NCBI GenBank assembly: GCA_038253135.1
Contig: JBBSHJ010000001.1
Span: 1,901-65,900 of the forward strand
Length of the DNA stretch: 64,000 nt
From: Mycobacteriales bacterium
GTDB lineage: Bacteria > Actinomycetota > Actinomycetes > Mycobacteriales > QHCD01
Reading direction: 5' to 3'
Below are positions 29,038 through 38,582 of the stretch, piece by piece. Both the position numbers and the translations under genes were made by a program. A model generated the notes under the pieces. The model saw only the letters and a list, made by a program, of their open reading frames with translations. It was not told the DNA's origin and did no database searches. Every line of letters begins with the position of its first letter. Position 1 is the first letter of the stretch.

Positions 29038-30062
29038 GCATGAAGATCGGCATGATGTCCTTCGCGCACGGGCACGCGATCGGCTACCTCGGCATCCTCG
29101 CCGAGCTCGGCGTCGAGATCGCCGCGGCCGACCCGGACCGTGCCCGCGCCGACGCGGTCTGCGGGCCGCGCGCCATCGCGGTGCTCGACGGCTATGACGC
29201 TCTGCTCGACTGGGGCCCGGATGCCGTCGTCATCGCGTCGGAGAACATCCATCACCGCGAGCTGACCGAGAAGGCGGCCGCGGCGGGCGCGTACGTGCTG
29301 TCGGAGAAGCCGCTGGCCACTTCGCTGGCCGACTGCCGCGCGATGATCGAGGCCTGCGACGCCGCCGGAGTCGGGCTGATGACGGCCTTCCCGATCCGAT
29401 TCGCACCGGCGATCGCGCAGGTCGCGGCGGCGGCGCACGCCGGCCGGCTCGGCCGGTTGCACGCCCTCGGCGGGCGCAATCCGGGCAGCCTGCCCGGCGG
29501 CTGGTTCTGCCAGCCGGAGCTGTCCGGCGGCGGATCGGTGATCGACCACACCGTGCACTGCGGTGACCTGATGGGCTGGATGACCGGTGCCCAGCCGGCG
29601 ACCGTCTACGCGCAGATCAACATGCTTGTCCAGCCCGAGCACGGCGTCGAGACCGGCGGCCTGGTCGCGGTCACCTTCGACGACGGAGCGGTCGCCACCA
29701 TCGACGCGTCCTGGTCGCGGTTGCCCAGCTACCCCACGTGGGGCGGCGTCACCTTGGAGGTCGTCGGGAGCGACGGCGTGATGGTCGCCGACGCCTTCGG
29801 GGAGTACGTCGAGGCCTATCTCAGCCCGGAGGCCGGCGGGGCGATGTGGCTCAGCTACGGATCGGATGCCAACCGCGGCATGCTGCTGGAATTCCTCGCC
29901 GCCGTGCGGGAACGGCGTACGCCGCAGCCTGACGGCCGCGCCGGCATGCGGTCCACGGCGATCGCGCTCGCGGCCTATCGCTCGGCCGCGGCGGGGGACG
30001 TGGTTGCGGTCTTCCCGGAGGGCGAGGAGATCCCCGCACCTAAGCCGTTGCCCGGCGACTGA
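29031..30062 (+). CDS. Gfo/Idh/MocA-family oxidoreductase (second, translationally coupled)
   Basis: ATG 29031 overlaps the upstream stop (ATGGTGA). MKIGMMSFAHGHAIGY...VLSEKPLATSLADCRAMIEA. Confidence 0.85.
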   Translation: MVSMKIGMMSFAHGHAIGYLGILAELGVEIAAADPDRARADAVCGPRAIAVLDGYDALLDWGPDAVVIASENIHHRELTEKAAAAGAYVLSEKPLATSLADCRAMIEACDAAGVGLMTAFPIRFAPAIAQVAAAAHAGRLGRLHALGGRNPGSLPGGWFCQPELSGGGSVIDHTVHCGDLMGWMTGAQPATVYAQINMLVQPEHGVETGGLVAVTFDDGAVATIDASWSRLPSYPTWGGVTLEVVGSDGVMVADAFGEYVEAYLSPEAGGAMWLSYGSDANRGMLLEFLAAVRERRTPQPDGRAGMRSTAIALAAYRSAAAGDVVAVFPEGEEIPAPKPLPGD

Positions 30063-30102
30063 CGACGTCGTTGGCCGGTCAGAGCCGCTCGGCCGCTCGG
30101 GG

Positions 30103-30108
30103 TAGCGT
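30103..30108 (+). promoter_or_regulatory. Candidate -10 box TAGCGT placed for a leaderless purM transcript
   Basis: TAGCGT ends 7 nt before ATG 30116 and there is no SD. It is embedded in GGGGTAGCG (30099-30107), the same 9-mer seen upstream of purF. Confidence 0.3.
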
Positions 30109-30115
30109 GGTCGCC

Positions 30116-31177
30116 ATGTCGGAGCGACCGCGCGCGACCTATGCCACGGCTGGCGTCAATATCGAGGCCGGGGACCGAGCAGTGGAGCTGATGCGGCCGT
30201 GGGCGGCGAAGACCCGGCGCAGCGAGGTCCTCGGTGGTCTGGGCGGGTTTGCCGGCCTGTTCCGGCTGGACCTCACTCGCTGGCGCAACCCGGTCCTCGC
30301 CTCGTCGATCGACGGCGTCGGCACCAAGCTGGCGATCGCGCAGGCGATGGACAAGCACGACACGATCGGCCTCGATCTGGTCGGCATGGTCGCCGACGAC
30401 GTCGTGGTCTGCGGTGCCGAGCCGCTGTTCCTGCAGGACTACATCGCCTGCGGGCAGGTCGTGCCCGAGCGGCTGGCCCAGGTCGTCGCGGGCATCGCCG
30501 AGGGCTGCCGGCAGGCCGGCTGCTCGCTGGTCGGCGGTGAGACAGCCGAGCACCCGGGCATGCTCGGCAACAAGGAGTACGACGTCGCGGGCGCCGCGGT
30601 CGGTGTGGTCGAGGCCGACGACATCCTCGGGCCGGCCCGGGTTCGTCCCGGTGACGTGGTGATCGGGATGGCCTCGAGTGGGCTGCATTCCAACGGCTAC
30701 TCGCTGGTGCGGCACGTCCTGCTCGGCGACCGCGGCCTGCCGCTGGACTCCGCTCCCGAGCAGCTCGACGGGATGACGACGCTCGGCGAGGAGCTGCTGA
30801 TACCGACCCGGATCTATGCCGCGGACTGTCTCGCGCTGACCGCCGACGCCGACGTACACGCGTTCGCCCACATCACGGGCGGCGGGCTCGCAGCCAACCT
30901 CGTGCGCGTGCTCCCGCCGACCGTCAATGCGGAGCTACGCCGCTCGACGTGGCGCCCGCAGCCGATCTTCTCCGTGATCGCCGACCGCGGCCGGGTCGCG
31001 CAGGACGAGATGGAGCGCACCTTCAACATGGGCCTCGGCATGGCGGCCGTGGTCAACCAGGACGACGCCGAGCGGGCGCTGGCGATCCTGATCGGCCGCG
31101 GCGTCACCTCATGGGTCGCCGGTGGGATCACCGAGGGGGATGGTCAGGTCCGCCTGTCCGGGAGCTACGCCCGTTGA
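30116..31177 (+). CDS. purM: Phosphoribosylformylglycinamidine cyclo-ligase (AIR synthetase)
   Basis: MSERPRATYATAGVNIEAGDRAVELM...DGVGTKLAIAQAM...GGETAEHPG...HSNGYSLVR. Confidence 0.95.
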   Translation: MSERPRATYATAGVNIEAGDRAVELMRPWAAKTRRSEVLGGLGGFAGLFRLDLTRWRNPVLASSIDGVGTKLAIAQAMDKHDTIGLDLVGMVADDVVVCGAEPLFLQDYIACGQVVPERLAQVVAGIAEGCRQAGCSLVGGETAEHPGMLGNKEYDVAGAAVGVVEADDILGPARVRPGDVVIGMASSGLHSNGYSLVRHVLLGDRGLPLDSAPEQLDGMTTLGEELLIPTRIYAADCLALTADADVHAFAHITGGGLAANLVRVLPPTVNAELRRSTWRPQPIFSVIADRGRVAQDEMERTFNMGLGMAAVVNQDDAERALAILIGRGVTSWVAGGITEGDGQVRLSGSYAR

Positions 31178-31204
31178 GGACATGGACGCTGACCGTCACG
31201 TCGA

Positions 31205-31390
31205 TCAGCGCAAACCCGCGCCCCGATCGTCCTCGTAACCGTCGTCGTCCGGCTGTGCATGGGGCTCGTCGTCGTACGAGCGTGAGCCGGCAAGCTCGCG
31301 CTGCAACTCGTTGAAGTTGGGCTCGTGGCTTGAGTATTTGAGCTCACGTGCCACCTTGGTCTGCTTCGCCTTGGCCCGGCCGCGCGACAT
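31205..31390 (-). CDS. DUF3073-family small conserved protein
   Basis: MSRGRAKAKQTKVARELKYSSHEPNFNELQRELAG... with an acidic tail. ATG 31390 is preceded by GGGGG/GGAG. It occupies the same position downstream of purM as in Mycobacterium and Streptomyces. Confidence 0.8.
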   Translation of the reverse strand: MSRGRAKAKQTKVARELKYSSHEPNFNELQRELAGSRSYDDEPHAQPDDDGYEDDRGAGLR

Positions 31391-31425
31391 CGGCTCCAGC
31401 CCCCTTGCATGCAACACGGGGCGGG

Positions 31426-31445
31426 GCCCGACTCGGCGGTCGGGC
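31426..31445 (-). terminator. Short perfect hairpin between the dehydrogenase and the DUF3073 gene
   Basis: GCCCGAC (31426-31432) / loop TCGGCG / GTCGGGC (31439-31445). Confidence 0.3.
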
Positions 31446-31535
31446 TGCGCCCCCATCCAGGAATGCGTCTCGTGGTGTCCACGATAACGTGTCGGCCGGT
31501 CCGCGGCACGTGGGGCACCGTCAGCTCCGGCGCCG

Positions 31536-32618
31536 CTACGGGGTCGGCAGCAGGATCGACCGGAGCCGGCCCACCTGTGCGATGCGGCGCTCGGCCAGCC
31601 GATCAGCGGCGACGGCAGGGGGTACGCCGTCCGTGTCGGCAAGCGCGAAGATCCGTTTCGTCGTGTCGAAGATCTCGCTCGCCTTGACCTTGGCCCGCTC
31701 GAAGACGAAACCTTCGATCTCGTCCGCCACCTGGATCACGCCGCCGGCGTTGACGACGTAGTCGGGCGCGTAGAGCAGGCCGCGGTCTTGCAGGATCTTC
31801 TCGATTCCCGGGTGGGCGAGCTGGTTGTTGGCCGCGCCGCAGACGATCGAGGCGGTGAGCGCCTCGGCGGTCGCGTCGTCGAGGGCGGCGCCCAGGGCGC
31901 ACGGGGCGTAGACGTCCAGGTCGGCGGCGACCAGTGCGGCGACACCGTCGGCGGCAATGGCCTCGGGATGCGCGGCGCGCACCCGCGCGGTGGCGGCCGG
32001 GTCGACGTCGCTGATCACGACGGTCGCGCCGTCGTCGATGAGGTGGTCGACGAGGATGTGCCCGACCTTGCCGACGCCCAGGATGCCCACCCGCCGGCCG
32101 GTGAGTGACGGCGTACCCCACACGTGCTCTGCCGAGGCCCGCATACCCTGAAAGACGCCGTACGCCGTCAGGATCGACGAGTCGCCGGCGCCGCCGTGCT
32201 CGGGGGACCGGCCGGTCACGAACCGGGTCTCACGGGCGATGACGTCCATGTCCCGCACGTAGGTGCCGACGTCGCACGCGGTGATGTATCGCCCGCCGAG
32301 CGACTCGATGAACCGGCCGTAGGCGCGCAGCAGCGGCTCGCTCTTGTCGGTCCCCGGGTCACCCCAGATCACGGCCTTGCCACCGCCGAGGTCGAGGCCG
32401 GCCAGGGCGTTCTTGTAGGCCATCCCGCGGGCAAGGTTCAGGGCGTCCGCGAGCGCGGCTGCCTCGTCCGGATAGGGATAGAAGCGGGTGCCGCCGAGCG
32501 CCGGTCCGAGCGCGGTGGAGTGGATGGCGACGATGGCGCGCAGACCGGTGGCGGGGTCGTTGCAGAAGACGACCTGCTCGTGGGTGGCCGGACCGCCGGG
32601 CGTGCTGAAGACATCCAT
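31536..32618 (-). CDS. vdh: Glu/Leu/Phe/Val dehydrogenase family enzyme, probably valine/leucine dehydrogenase
   Basis: From ATG 32618: [49 protein letters not shown]...[15 protein letters not shown]. Rossmann [13 protein letters not shown]. Synteny purM-DUF3073-vdh-bldC matches Streptomyces. Confidence 0.85.
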   Translation of the reverse strand: MDVFSTPGGPATHEQVVFCNDPATGLRAIVAIHSTALGPALGGTRFYPYPDEAAALADALNLARGMAYKNALAGLDLGGGKAVIWGDPGTDKSEPLLRAYGRFIESLGGRYITACDVGTYVRDMDVIARETRFVTGRSPEHGGAGDSSILTAYGVFQGMRASAEHVWGTPSLTGRRVGILGVGKVGHILVDHLIDDGATVVISDVDPAATARVRAAHPEAIAADGVAALVAADLDVYAPCALGAALDDATAEALTASIVCGAANNQLAHPGIEKILQDRGLLYAPDYVVNAGGVIQVADEIEGFVFERAKVKASEIFDTTKRIFALADTDGVPPAVAADRLAERRIAQVGRLRSILLPTP

Positions 32619-32759
32619 CGGTGACGCGGCTCCTCTCCGCCGCGGCGACCGTGCCGGGCGCACGGCTCACCTTAGTTCGCGCCCGCGTGCCCGCCGGGGG
32701 CCAGCCCGGTGGCCTGCCGTCCCGTCACGTCCGGACCGTTACGTCCGGCATTGCCGGAA

Positions 32760-32788
32760 TTGACCGACTTATCGATCGGCTGCATCAT
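32760..32788 (+). promoter_or_regulatory. Candidate promoter TTGACC-N17-CATCAT upstream of bldC
   Basis: TTGACC at 32760-32765, a 17-nt spacer containing the ATCGATCG palindromic core, then CATCAT at 32783-32788. Confidence 0.3.
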
Positions 32789-32997
32789 GGGGCAGGTCAG
32801 TGCCCCGCCTGTGCGCCACCATCGAGAGCTGTGCTCCACCGAGGAGAGGGGGCCTCGCGATGAGGCCGGAGCAGCGAGCGCCGCATCAAGGACCCGGCCC
32901 GCGGCCACACGAGCTACCGGACCGGAGTACGACGACGGCGGCAACGCCCCCGAGATCGGCGAGTGCGGCCACCGCACGCCGGCCGGCCGGAGCCGCG

Positions 32998-33231
32998 ATG
33001 TCGCCGGGCCGTGGACGAGCGCCGTCACGGGCCCGTCCCGCCGAGGCGCTCCTGACCCCGGGTGAGGTGGCGAGCCTGTTCCGGGTCGATCCCAAGACCG
33101 TGACCCGGTGGGCCCGGTCGGGCAAGCTCACCGCACTGCGGACCCTCGGTGGCCATCGGCGTTATCGGGAGGCCGAGGTCACCGCCCTGCTCGGCAAGCC
33201 GAGCGACGGGCCCGACCTACGCCAGCCATAA
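32998..33231 (+). CDS. bldC: BldC-family small MerR-like/excisionase-type DNA-binding protein
   Basis: LLTPGEVASLFRVDPKTVTRWARSGKLTALRTLGGHRRYREAEVTALL is near-identical in pattern to Streptomyces BldC. ATG 32998 has GGAG 5 nt upstream. An alternative longer start is ATG 32860 with GAGGAGAGGGGG upstream. Confidence 0.8.
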   Translation: MSPGRGRAPSRARPAEALLTPGEVASLFRVDPKTVTRWARSGKLTALRTLGGHRRYREAEVTALLGKPSDGPDLRQP

Positions 33232-33247
33232 AGCAGTAGAAAACTCA

Positions 33248-33281
33248 GGACGCAGACACCGGTGGTCCGGTGCCTGCGTCC
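33248..33281. terminator. Bidirectional intrinsic terminator between convergent bldC and the ABC substrate-binding gene
   Basis: GGACGCAGACACCGG / TGGT / CCGGTGCCTGCGTCC (14 of 15 bp paired). The A-rich run AGTAGAAAACTCA lies 5' on the plus strand, giving a U-run for the minus-strand transcript. Confidence 0.6.
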
Positions 33282-33345
33282 CTGTGTCTAGGTCGTCCCA
33301 GTGATTCTGTCCTGGCGCGGTGCCGCCGTCGACCGGTCCGGCCGA

Positions 33346-35238
33346 TTACGCCGGCTTCAGCGTCCCGGCAAAGGTGAGCATCGCGCAGAAGTTGTCGGCG
33401 TAGGGCGAGTTCTGGATGATGGGATCACTGTCGTCGGGCCAGCCGCTGACCGCGCTGGTGAGGCACGGGTTGTTGCCGAAGCGCTCGAAGAGCGGGATCA
33501 CCGGCAGCAGCTCGTTGAAGGCCAGGGCCGCCGTCGTCGTCGCCTTCTTCAGGGCGTCATTGTTGGCGCCGAGACCGGAGTTGACGACGACCTTCTCGAG
33601 GTCGACCTTCCCGACGACCTTGGTGTCCTGGACCATCGGGAAGTCCATGCCCTTATACGCCGGCTTCAGGACTGGCGTGTTGTGGGTGAACAGCGAGGCG
33701 CGGAAGGCGTCCGCCGGGAACGGGTTGCTCGATGAGCCCCAGCCCTGGATGGCGAGCTGGAAGTTGCTATGGTCGACATCCAGGCCCTCCTGCGTCGACT
33801 GCTCGCCGCGGAGCGTGATCTTGATGCCGAATGTCCCGAGCTGATCGGCGAGGTTCTTCGCCGCCGGTGACCAGTCGGCGTAGTCGGACGGGTAGATGAG
33901 ATCGTAGGCCGCCGTCTTGCCCTTCGGCGTCTTCCACGTGCTCCCGCTCTTCTTCCAGCCCGCCTCCTTAAGGAGCGACTCGGCCTTGGACTTGTCGAAG
34001 GTCCATTGAGTCAGCTTCTTCTGGTCGGCGGCCGACAGCCAGGTCGGCACGGCGTGGTCGGGAATGCCGGCGAAGAGCTTGACGCCCTTGCCGGAGTCGC
34101 CGAGGGCGACGATCCCGTTCTGGTCGTGGTCGAAGGCCATCGACAGCGCTTGACGTGCCCGCTTGTCGGAGAATTCGGGGAACTTGGCGAAGTTGAAGTA
34201 GAGGGCAGGGCCCGAATAGACCGGCGGCCGGATGATCCTGAAGCCGGCGTTCGCCAGTACCTTCTCGGTGGCGATCGGGAAGCCGTGGGTGGCGTAGTCC
34301 ATCCGCTTCTGCAGCAGCACCGGGGTGACCGTGGCGGTCTCGCCTTGCACGACCACGACGCTGCCGAATTTCACGGTGCCGGCCAGCATGCTGTGCTGGT
34401 TCGCCTTCATGGTCAGCTGCGTGCTGCTCAGCGTCGAGGTGTCGATGTTGTAAGGGCCGCTGGCCACGGTGGTCTTCGGCTTGAAGTTGCTCAGCGCCTT
34501 GTTCAGCTTGACCATCCGAGCGTCGGTCTGCGGCGCCTTGGCCTTCATCAGCGGCTCGGCCTGCTTGGCGAACGTGCCGTAAACCGAGTCGGGCACGATC
34601 TGACCACGCAGGATGTAGTATTGCGCGATCGGAGCGGGAGTCCCGATGTGGAAGGTGACGGTCTCCTTGTCGGTCATCGTGACGCTGTCGACGTAGAGGA
34701 AGGCCGACGCGTTGAGCGGGTATCGAGCCGCCCACGTCGAGTAGACGTCCTGGGCGGTGATCGGAGTGCCGTCACTCCACTTGATGCCCGGGCGCACCTT
34801 GTAGGTGAACGTCTTGCCGTCGGCCGACAGCTTCGAGGACTCGTCCGCGATGAAATAGGTGAACGTCTGCTTCTTCCAGTTATACATCGCACCCGGGAGT
34901 ACGACGTAGTCGTAGTAGAGCCCGATGCCGGCGGGAATGGACTCCAGGACGCCGGGAATGGTGTTGAAGTTTCCCTTCGGCGGAGCGTCGTAGGGATAAC
35001 CCCCGGTGAAGACAGCGGTGCTCTTGTTGGTCCCACCCGTCGGCTTCGGGCCAGCACTGCTGGCACCGCTGGACGCCGGGGCGCTCGAACCTCCGCCGGT
35101 CGAGCCGCCGCCCTTCTTCGTGGCCTTCTTGCTCTTGCTGCAGGCAGCGAGGGCCGCGCCGGCACCGGCAACGCCTATCATCTGCAGAGCTCGACGGCGC
35201 GAGACGTCCGTCAACCGCGCCTTGTCGCTAATCTTCAC
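33346..35238 (-). CDS. ABC transporter substrate-binding lipoprotein, family 5, Tat-type signal
   Basis: GTG 35238. RRRALQMIGVAGAGAALAACS has a twin-arginine motif plus lipobox. It is the last gene of the minus-strand ABC operon. Confidence 0.9.
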   Translation of the reverse strand: MKISDKARLTDVSRRRALQMIGVAGAGAALAACSKSKKATKKGGGSTGGGSSAPASSGASSAGPKPTGGTNKSTAVFTGGYPYDAPPKGNFNTIPGVLESIPAGIGLYYDYVVLPGAMYNWKKQTFTYFIADESSKLSADGKTFTYKVRPGIKWSDGTPITAQDVYSTWAARYPLNASAFLYVDSVTMTDKETVTFHIGTPAPIAQYYILRGQIVPDSVYGTFAKQAEPLMKAKAPQTDARMVKLNKALSNFKPKTTVASGPYNIDTSTLSSTQLTMKANQHSMLAGTVKFGSVVVVQGETATVTPVLLQKRMDYATHGFPIATEKVLANAGFRIIRPPVYSGPALYFNFAKFPEFSDKRARQALSMAFDHDQNGIVALGDSGKGVKLFAGIPDHAVPTWLSAADQKKLTQWTFDKSKAESLLKEAGWKKSGSTWKTPKGKTAAYDLIYPSDYADWSPAAKNLADQLGTFGIKITLRGEQSTQEGLDVDHSNFQLAIQGWGSSSNPFPADAFRASLFTHNTPVLKPAYKGMDFPMVQDTKVVGKVDLEKVVVNSGLGANNDALKKATTTAALAFNELLPVIPLFERFGNNPCLTSAVSGWPDDSDPIIQNSPYADNFCAMLTFAGTLKPA

Positions 35239-35483
35239 TGCACTCCTCCTCGAGGGGAAGCGGATTGTTCCGCGGGTGGATCTGGTCGTTCATATCTGCC
35301 TTCACGTCGCCTCGCGAAGAAGTGCAGCCCTAGTGCCAATGCCAGGAACACCAGGCCGACGATCAATGCGAGTACGGTTGCGACGAATTCCGGTGTGCCA
35401 GGTCTGTTGATCAGCAGAAGAAGGCCGGAAGCGAAGGTCATGAAGGCGGCGAACGGCAGCGCCGCCCGCGCGAGCTCAGCCAT
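35235..35483 (-). CDS. Hypothetical 82-aa two-TM membrane protein embedded in the ABC operon
   Basis: MAELARAALPFAAFMTFASGLLLLINRPGTPEFVATVLALIVGLVFLALALGLHFFARRREG... It starts 17 nt after the ATPase stop, and its stop overlaps the SBP start (GTGA). The SD is weak and third-position GC is lower than in neighbours, so it is uncertain. Confidence 0.4.
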   Translation of the reverse strand: MAELARAALPFAAFMTFASGLLLLINRPGTPEFVATVLALIVGLVFLALALGLHFFARRREGRYERPDPPAEQSASPRGGVQ

Positions 35484-35500
35484 CGGTAATCCATCGGGAT

Positions 35501-36613
35501 TTACGCATCGCGCACCACCTCGTCCTTCCTGGGTGCGGCGGAGGTGCGGAGCGCCTTTGCCTTCGCGGCTCCGGCCCGCACCGCCTCGGAGAGCGGCATC
35601 TCGGTATCGACGGCGTCGAGGCGAACGCAGGCCGCCGTGTGCCGCGAGCCGCCCACCGGCATGAGGGCCGGACGGTCCGTGTCGCACAGCCCTGGTTGAG
35701 CGATCGGGCAGCGCGGGTGAAATGGGCATCCGGCCGGGATCTCGAGAAGGCTGGGCACGTCCGCGGTGCGCAGGCCGCCGCCGGATTTGGCCCGCGTGAG
35801 ATCCGGGTCCGGCTCGGGAATCGCCTCGAGCAACGCCCGCGTATACGGATGCGCCGGATTGCGGATGACATCGGGGGTCGGTCCCTGCTCCACGACCCGG
35901 CCGAGATACATGACCGCAACCTCGCCGTTCCAACCGAAATATCGGGCCAGGGCGAGGTCGTGAGTAATGAAGAGGAAGGCGACGTCGAGCTCATCGCGCA
36001 GCCGGCCGAGGACGTTGAGCATGCTGATGCGGATAGAGACATCAAGCATCGAGGTCGCCTCGTCGGCGATGATCAGCTTGGGGTCGAGGGTGAGCGCGCG
36101 GGCGATCGAGACGCGCTGGCGCTGGCCGCCGGAGAGCTGGTGCGGGTATTTCTTCAGGTAATTGTCGGGCGGGTTGAGGTCGACCAGCTTCAGCAGCTCG
36201 CGGGCCCGGTCCGTCGCGGCCCGGCGGGATTTGTAGAGCCGGTGCTTGCGCATCGGGGCGAGCAGCGTGCTCTCGACGGTGCGGGTCGGGTTGAGCGAGG
36301 CGTAGGGGTCCTGATGGATGTACTGGACGCCCTTGCGATAGGCCTTGCGTTCGCGCCGCCCGAAGGAGGCCACATCGTGCCCGTCGAAGGTGATGGTCCC
36401 TGCGGTCGGCTTGTTCAGCCCGGCCGCCATCCGCGCCGTCGTGGTCTTGCCCGATCCGGACTCCCCGACGAGGCACACCACCGATCCGCGCTTGAGATCG
36501 AGGCTCACCGCATCAACCGCGGTGACCGGCCCGCGCTTGGTCGGGAAGACCTGGCTGACCAGGGCCAGCTCCATGAGCGGCGGTGTTTCCGCCGTGGTCG
36601 CAGGCTCGGTCAC
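35501..36613 (-). CDS. ABC transporter ATP-binding protein (OppF/DppF-like)
   Basis: Walker A GESGSGKTT, signature LSGGQRQRV, Walker B LIIADEATSMLD, and C-terminal CPFHPRCP. Confidence 0.9.
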   Translation of the reverse strand: MTEPATTAETPPLMELALVSQVFPTKRGPVTAVDAVSLDLKRGSVVCLVGESGSGKTTTARMAAGLNKPTAGTITFDGHDVASFGRRERKAYRKGVQYIHQDPYASLNPTRTVESTLLAPMRKHRLYKSRRAATDRARELLKLVDLNPPDNYLKKYPHQLSGGQRQRVSIARALTLDPKLIIADEATSMLDVSIRISMLNVLGRLRDELDVAFLFITHDLALARYFGWNGEVAVMYLGRVVEQGPTPDVIRNPAHPYTRALLEAIPEPDPDLTRAKSGGGLRTADVPSLLEIPAGCPFHPRCPIAQPGLCDTDRPALMPVGGSRHTAACVRLDAVDTEMPLSEAVRAGAAKAKALRTSAAPRKDEVVRDA

Positions 36614-37671
36614 GTCCTGTCTCCCACCGTGCGGGCCAAGCTCATCTGGTCGGCGAAATGGCAGGCAACGTCATGCCGCTCGCCCATCACGAAGAGGGGA
36701 GGGTCCTCATCGGTGCAGATGTCCTCGGCGAACGGGCACCGCGTGTGGAACGAGCACCCGCCCGGCAGATCGCCGAAGCTCGGCGGCGTCCCCGGGATCG
36801 ACGCGATCTCCGGTACGTCGCCGTAAACCGGAGGCACCGCCTTGATCAGCCCGATGGTGTAGGGATGTCGAGGCGCGTAGAAGGTGTCATTGACCCCGGA
36901 CAGCTCCACGATGCGCCCGCCGTACATCGTCGCGACGCGATCGGCCAGCTCCGCGGCGAGCGGCAGGTCGTGCGTCACGAAGACCATGGTGAAGTGCATC
37001 TGATCCTTGACCTCGCGGAGCACCTCGACCACGGCGCGCTGGGTCAAGATGTCCAGCGCGGTCGTCGGCTCGTCGAGCACCACCAGCTGCGGGTCGAGCA
37101 GCAGGCCGAGGGCGATCAGGACCCGCTGCCGCATGCCGCCGGACAGCTCGTGCGGGTACGACGGGAGCACGCGGCCCGGCTCGAGCTGGACCATCCGCAG
37201 CAGGTCGGCCGAGCGCTGCTCGACCTGGTCCGCCGACATGTTCCTGCGGTGCGCGCGGACGGTCTCGTGGAATTGGCGGCGGACCTTCAGCAGCGGGTTG
37301 AGCGCGTTCATCGATCCCTGGTAAACGATCGACGCCTCGGTCCAGCGGAAGCGTCGAAGCTCCTGGCCGTCCAGGGCGAGGACGTCGGTGAGACCACCGG
37401 CGCGCTGGCGGTAGGTGATGGTGCCACCGCTCACCCGACCGAGCTTCGGCAACAGCCGGAGGACCGCCAGGGCCAGCGTGGTCTTGCCGCAGCCGCTCTC
37501 GCCGACGATCGCGATGCTCTCGTCACGATAGAGGTCCAGGTCGACGCCGCGGATCACCGGCACATAGGACTTCTTGCCGGTGCGGTAGTCCACGCGGAGG
37601 TCGCGGAGGGAGACCAGCGAGTTCTCCGGCATGTCCCCCGGCGCGGTCGTCACCAGTGGGGCGGTGCTCAC
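36610..37671 (-). CDS. ABC transporter ATP-binding protein (OppD/DppD-like)
   Basis: Walker A GESGCGKTT, signature LSGGMRQRV, Walker B LVVLDEPTTALD. I place the start at GTG 37671, overlapping the permease stop (GTGA), rather than at the track start 37815. Confidence 0.9.
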   Translation of the reverse strand: MSTAPLVTTAPGDMPENSLVSLRDLRVDYRTGKKSYVPVIRGVDLDLYRDESIAIVGESGCGKTTLALAVLRLLPKLGRVSGGTITYRQRAGGLTDVLALDGQELRRFRWTEASIVYQGSMNALNPLLKVRRQFHETVRAHRRNMSADQVEQRSADLLRMVQLEPGRVLPSYPHELSGGMRQRVLIALGLLLDPQLVVLDEPTTALDILTQRAVVEVLREVKDQMHFTMVFVTHDLPLAAELADRVATMYGGRIVELSGVNDTFYAPRHPYTIGLIKAVPPVYGDVPEIASIPGTPPSFGDLPGGCSFHTRCPFAEDICTDEDPPLFVMGERHDVACHFADQMSLARTVGDRT

Positions 37672-38582
37672 GCCGCCTCCCGCAGGCGTGGGTTGGCGAT
37701 CTCCTCGAGCGAGCGCATCATCCAGATCGCCGACAGCTGCAGAAGGCTGATGGCGATGAGCGGGCTGAGTAGCCAGAAGGCGCTGCTCGGGTTGTAGATG
37801 GCGCCGCCGGTCCACGACTCATTGATCATGATTCCCCAGTTCGTGCCGGACATCGGCGCGAGACCGAGCAGGTAGAGGCCGGCCAGCGAGTAGACGGCGC
37901 CGGTCATGGCGGTGATGAAGTTGATCAGCAGGTAGCTCGCCATGTTGGGCATCATTTCGCGCACGATGATGCGGAAGGTCCCGAGATCCATCAATCGCGC
38001 GGCCTCGACGTACTCGCGCTCCTTCAACGACAGCACCTGCGCGCGCACCGCGCGAAGCAACCCCGGCCAGGACAGCAGGCCGATCAGTACGGCCAGCCAG
38101 ATCGTGCTGGAAAACCGCACATAGGCGGACAAGACGGCCAGAAGGACGAACTGGGGAATCGTGAGGACGAAATCGGCGAGCTGGATGGCCAGCGAATCGA
38201 GCCAGCCCCGCACGTACGCCGCCAGGGCCCCGAACAGCACGGCGATGACCGTCGAGACCAGTGCGGACACCAGGCCCACGACGATCACGTCACGGCCACC
38301 GCCGATGATCTGCCGCAGATTGTCCTTTCCCTGGTTGTCCGTCCCGAGCAGGTGCGACCAGCCCGGTGCCTGGAAGATCTCATTGACGTTGGCGACCTTC
38401 TCGGGCGTGACGATCAGCGGTCCGAAAAGTGCCATCAAGACGAGCAGGGTGAAGACCACGAAACCGATGAATCCGGTCTTGCTGCGCAACATGGCGTGCA
38501 TGAACGACCGGAAGGGTCCGGACCGCGCGGTCGGCCTGACACCGGCCTCGGTCGCCGTGGGCTCGGTGATGATGACGCTCAT
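37668..38582 (-). CDS. ABC transporter permease (OppC/DppC-like)
   Basis: LGTDNQGKDNLRQIIGGGRDV and six hydrophobic segments. 4-nt overlap with the upstream permease. Confidence 0.9.
   Translation of the reverse strand: MSVIITEPTATEAGVRPTARSGPFRSFMHAMLRSKTGFIGFVVFTLLVLMALFGPLIVTPEKVANVNEIFQAPGWSHLLGTDNQGKDNLRQIIGGGRDVIVVGLVSALVSTVIAVLFGALAAYVRGWLDSLAIQLADFVLTIPQFVLLAVLSAYVRFSSTIWLAVLIGLLSWPGLLRAVRAQVLSLKEREYVEAARLMDLGTFRIIVREMMPNMASYLLINFITAMTGAVYSLAGLYLLGLAPMSGTNWGIMINESWTGGAIYNPSSAFWLLSPLIAISLLQLSAIWMMRSLEEIANPRLREAA

Noticed and set aside
8904-30115. Purine, ZTP or other known riboswitches upstream of the pur genes.
   Set aside because: I saw no ZTP (pfl) core such as GGGUCGUGAC...CCGCCUGGGCA, and no purine-riboswitch junction motifs, in the regions upstream of purB, purC, purS, purF or purM. 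The leaders are short or absent.
32860-32997. Longer BldC form starting at ATG 32860 (123 aa), which has a strong GAGGAGAGGGGG upstream.
   Set aside because: Known BldC proteins are ~70-80 aa, and the extra 46 residues are Pro/Ala/Arg-rich and non-conserved. I kept 32998 as the start, but the upstream start cannot be excluded without TSS or proteomic data.
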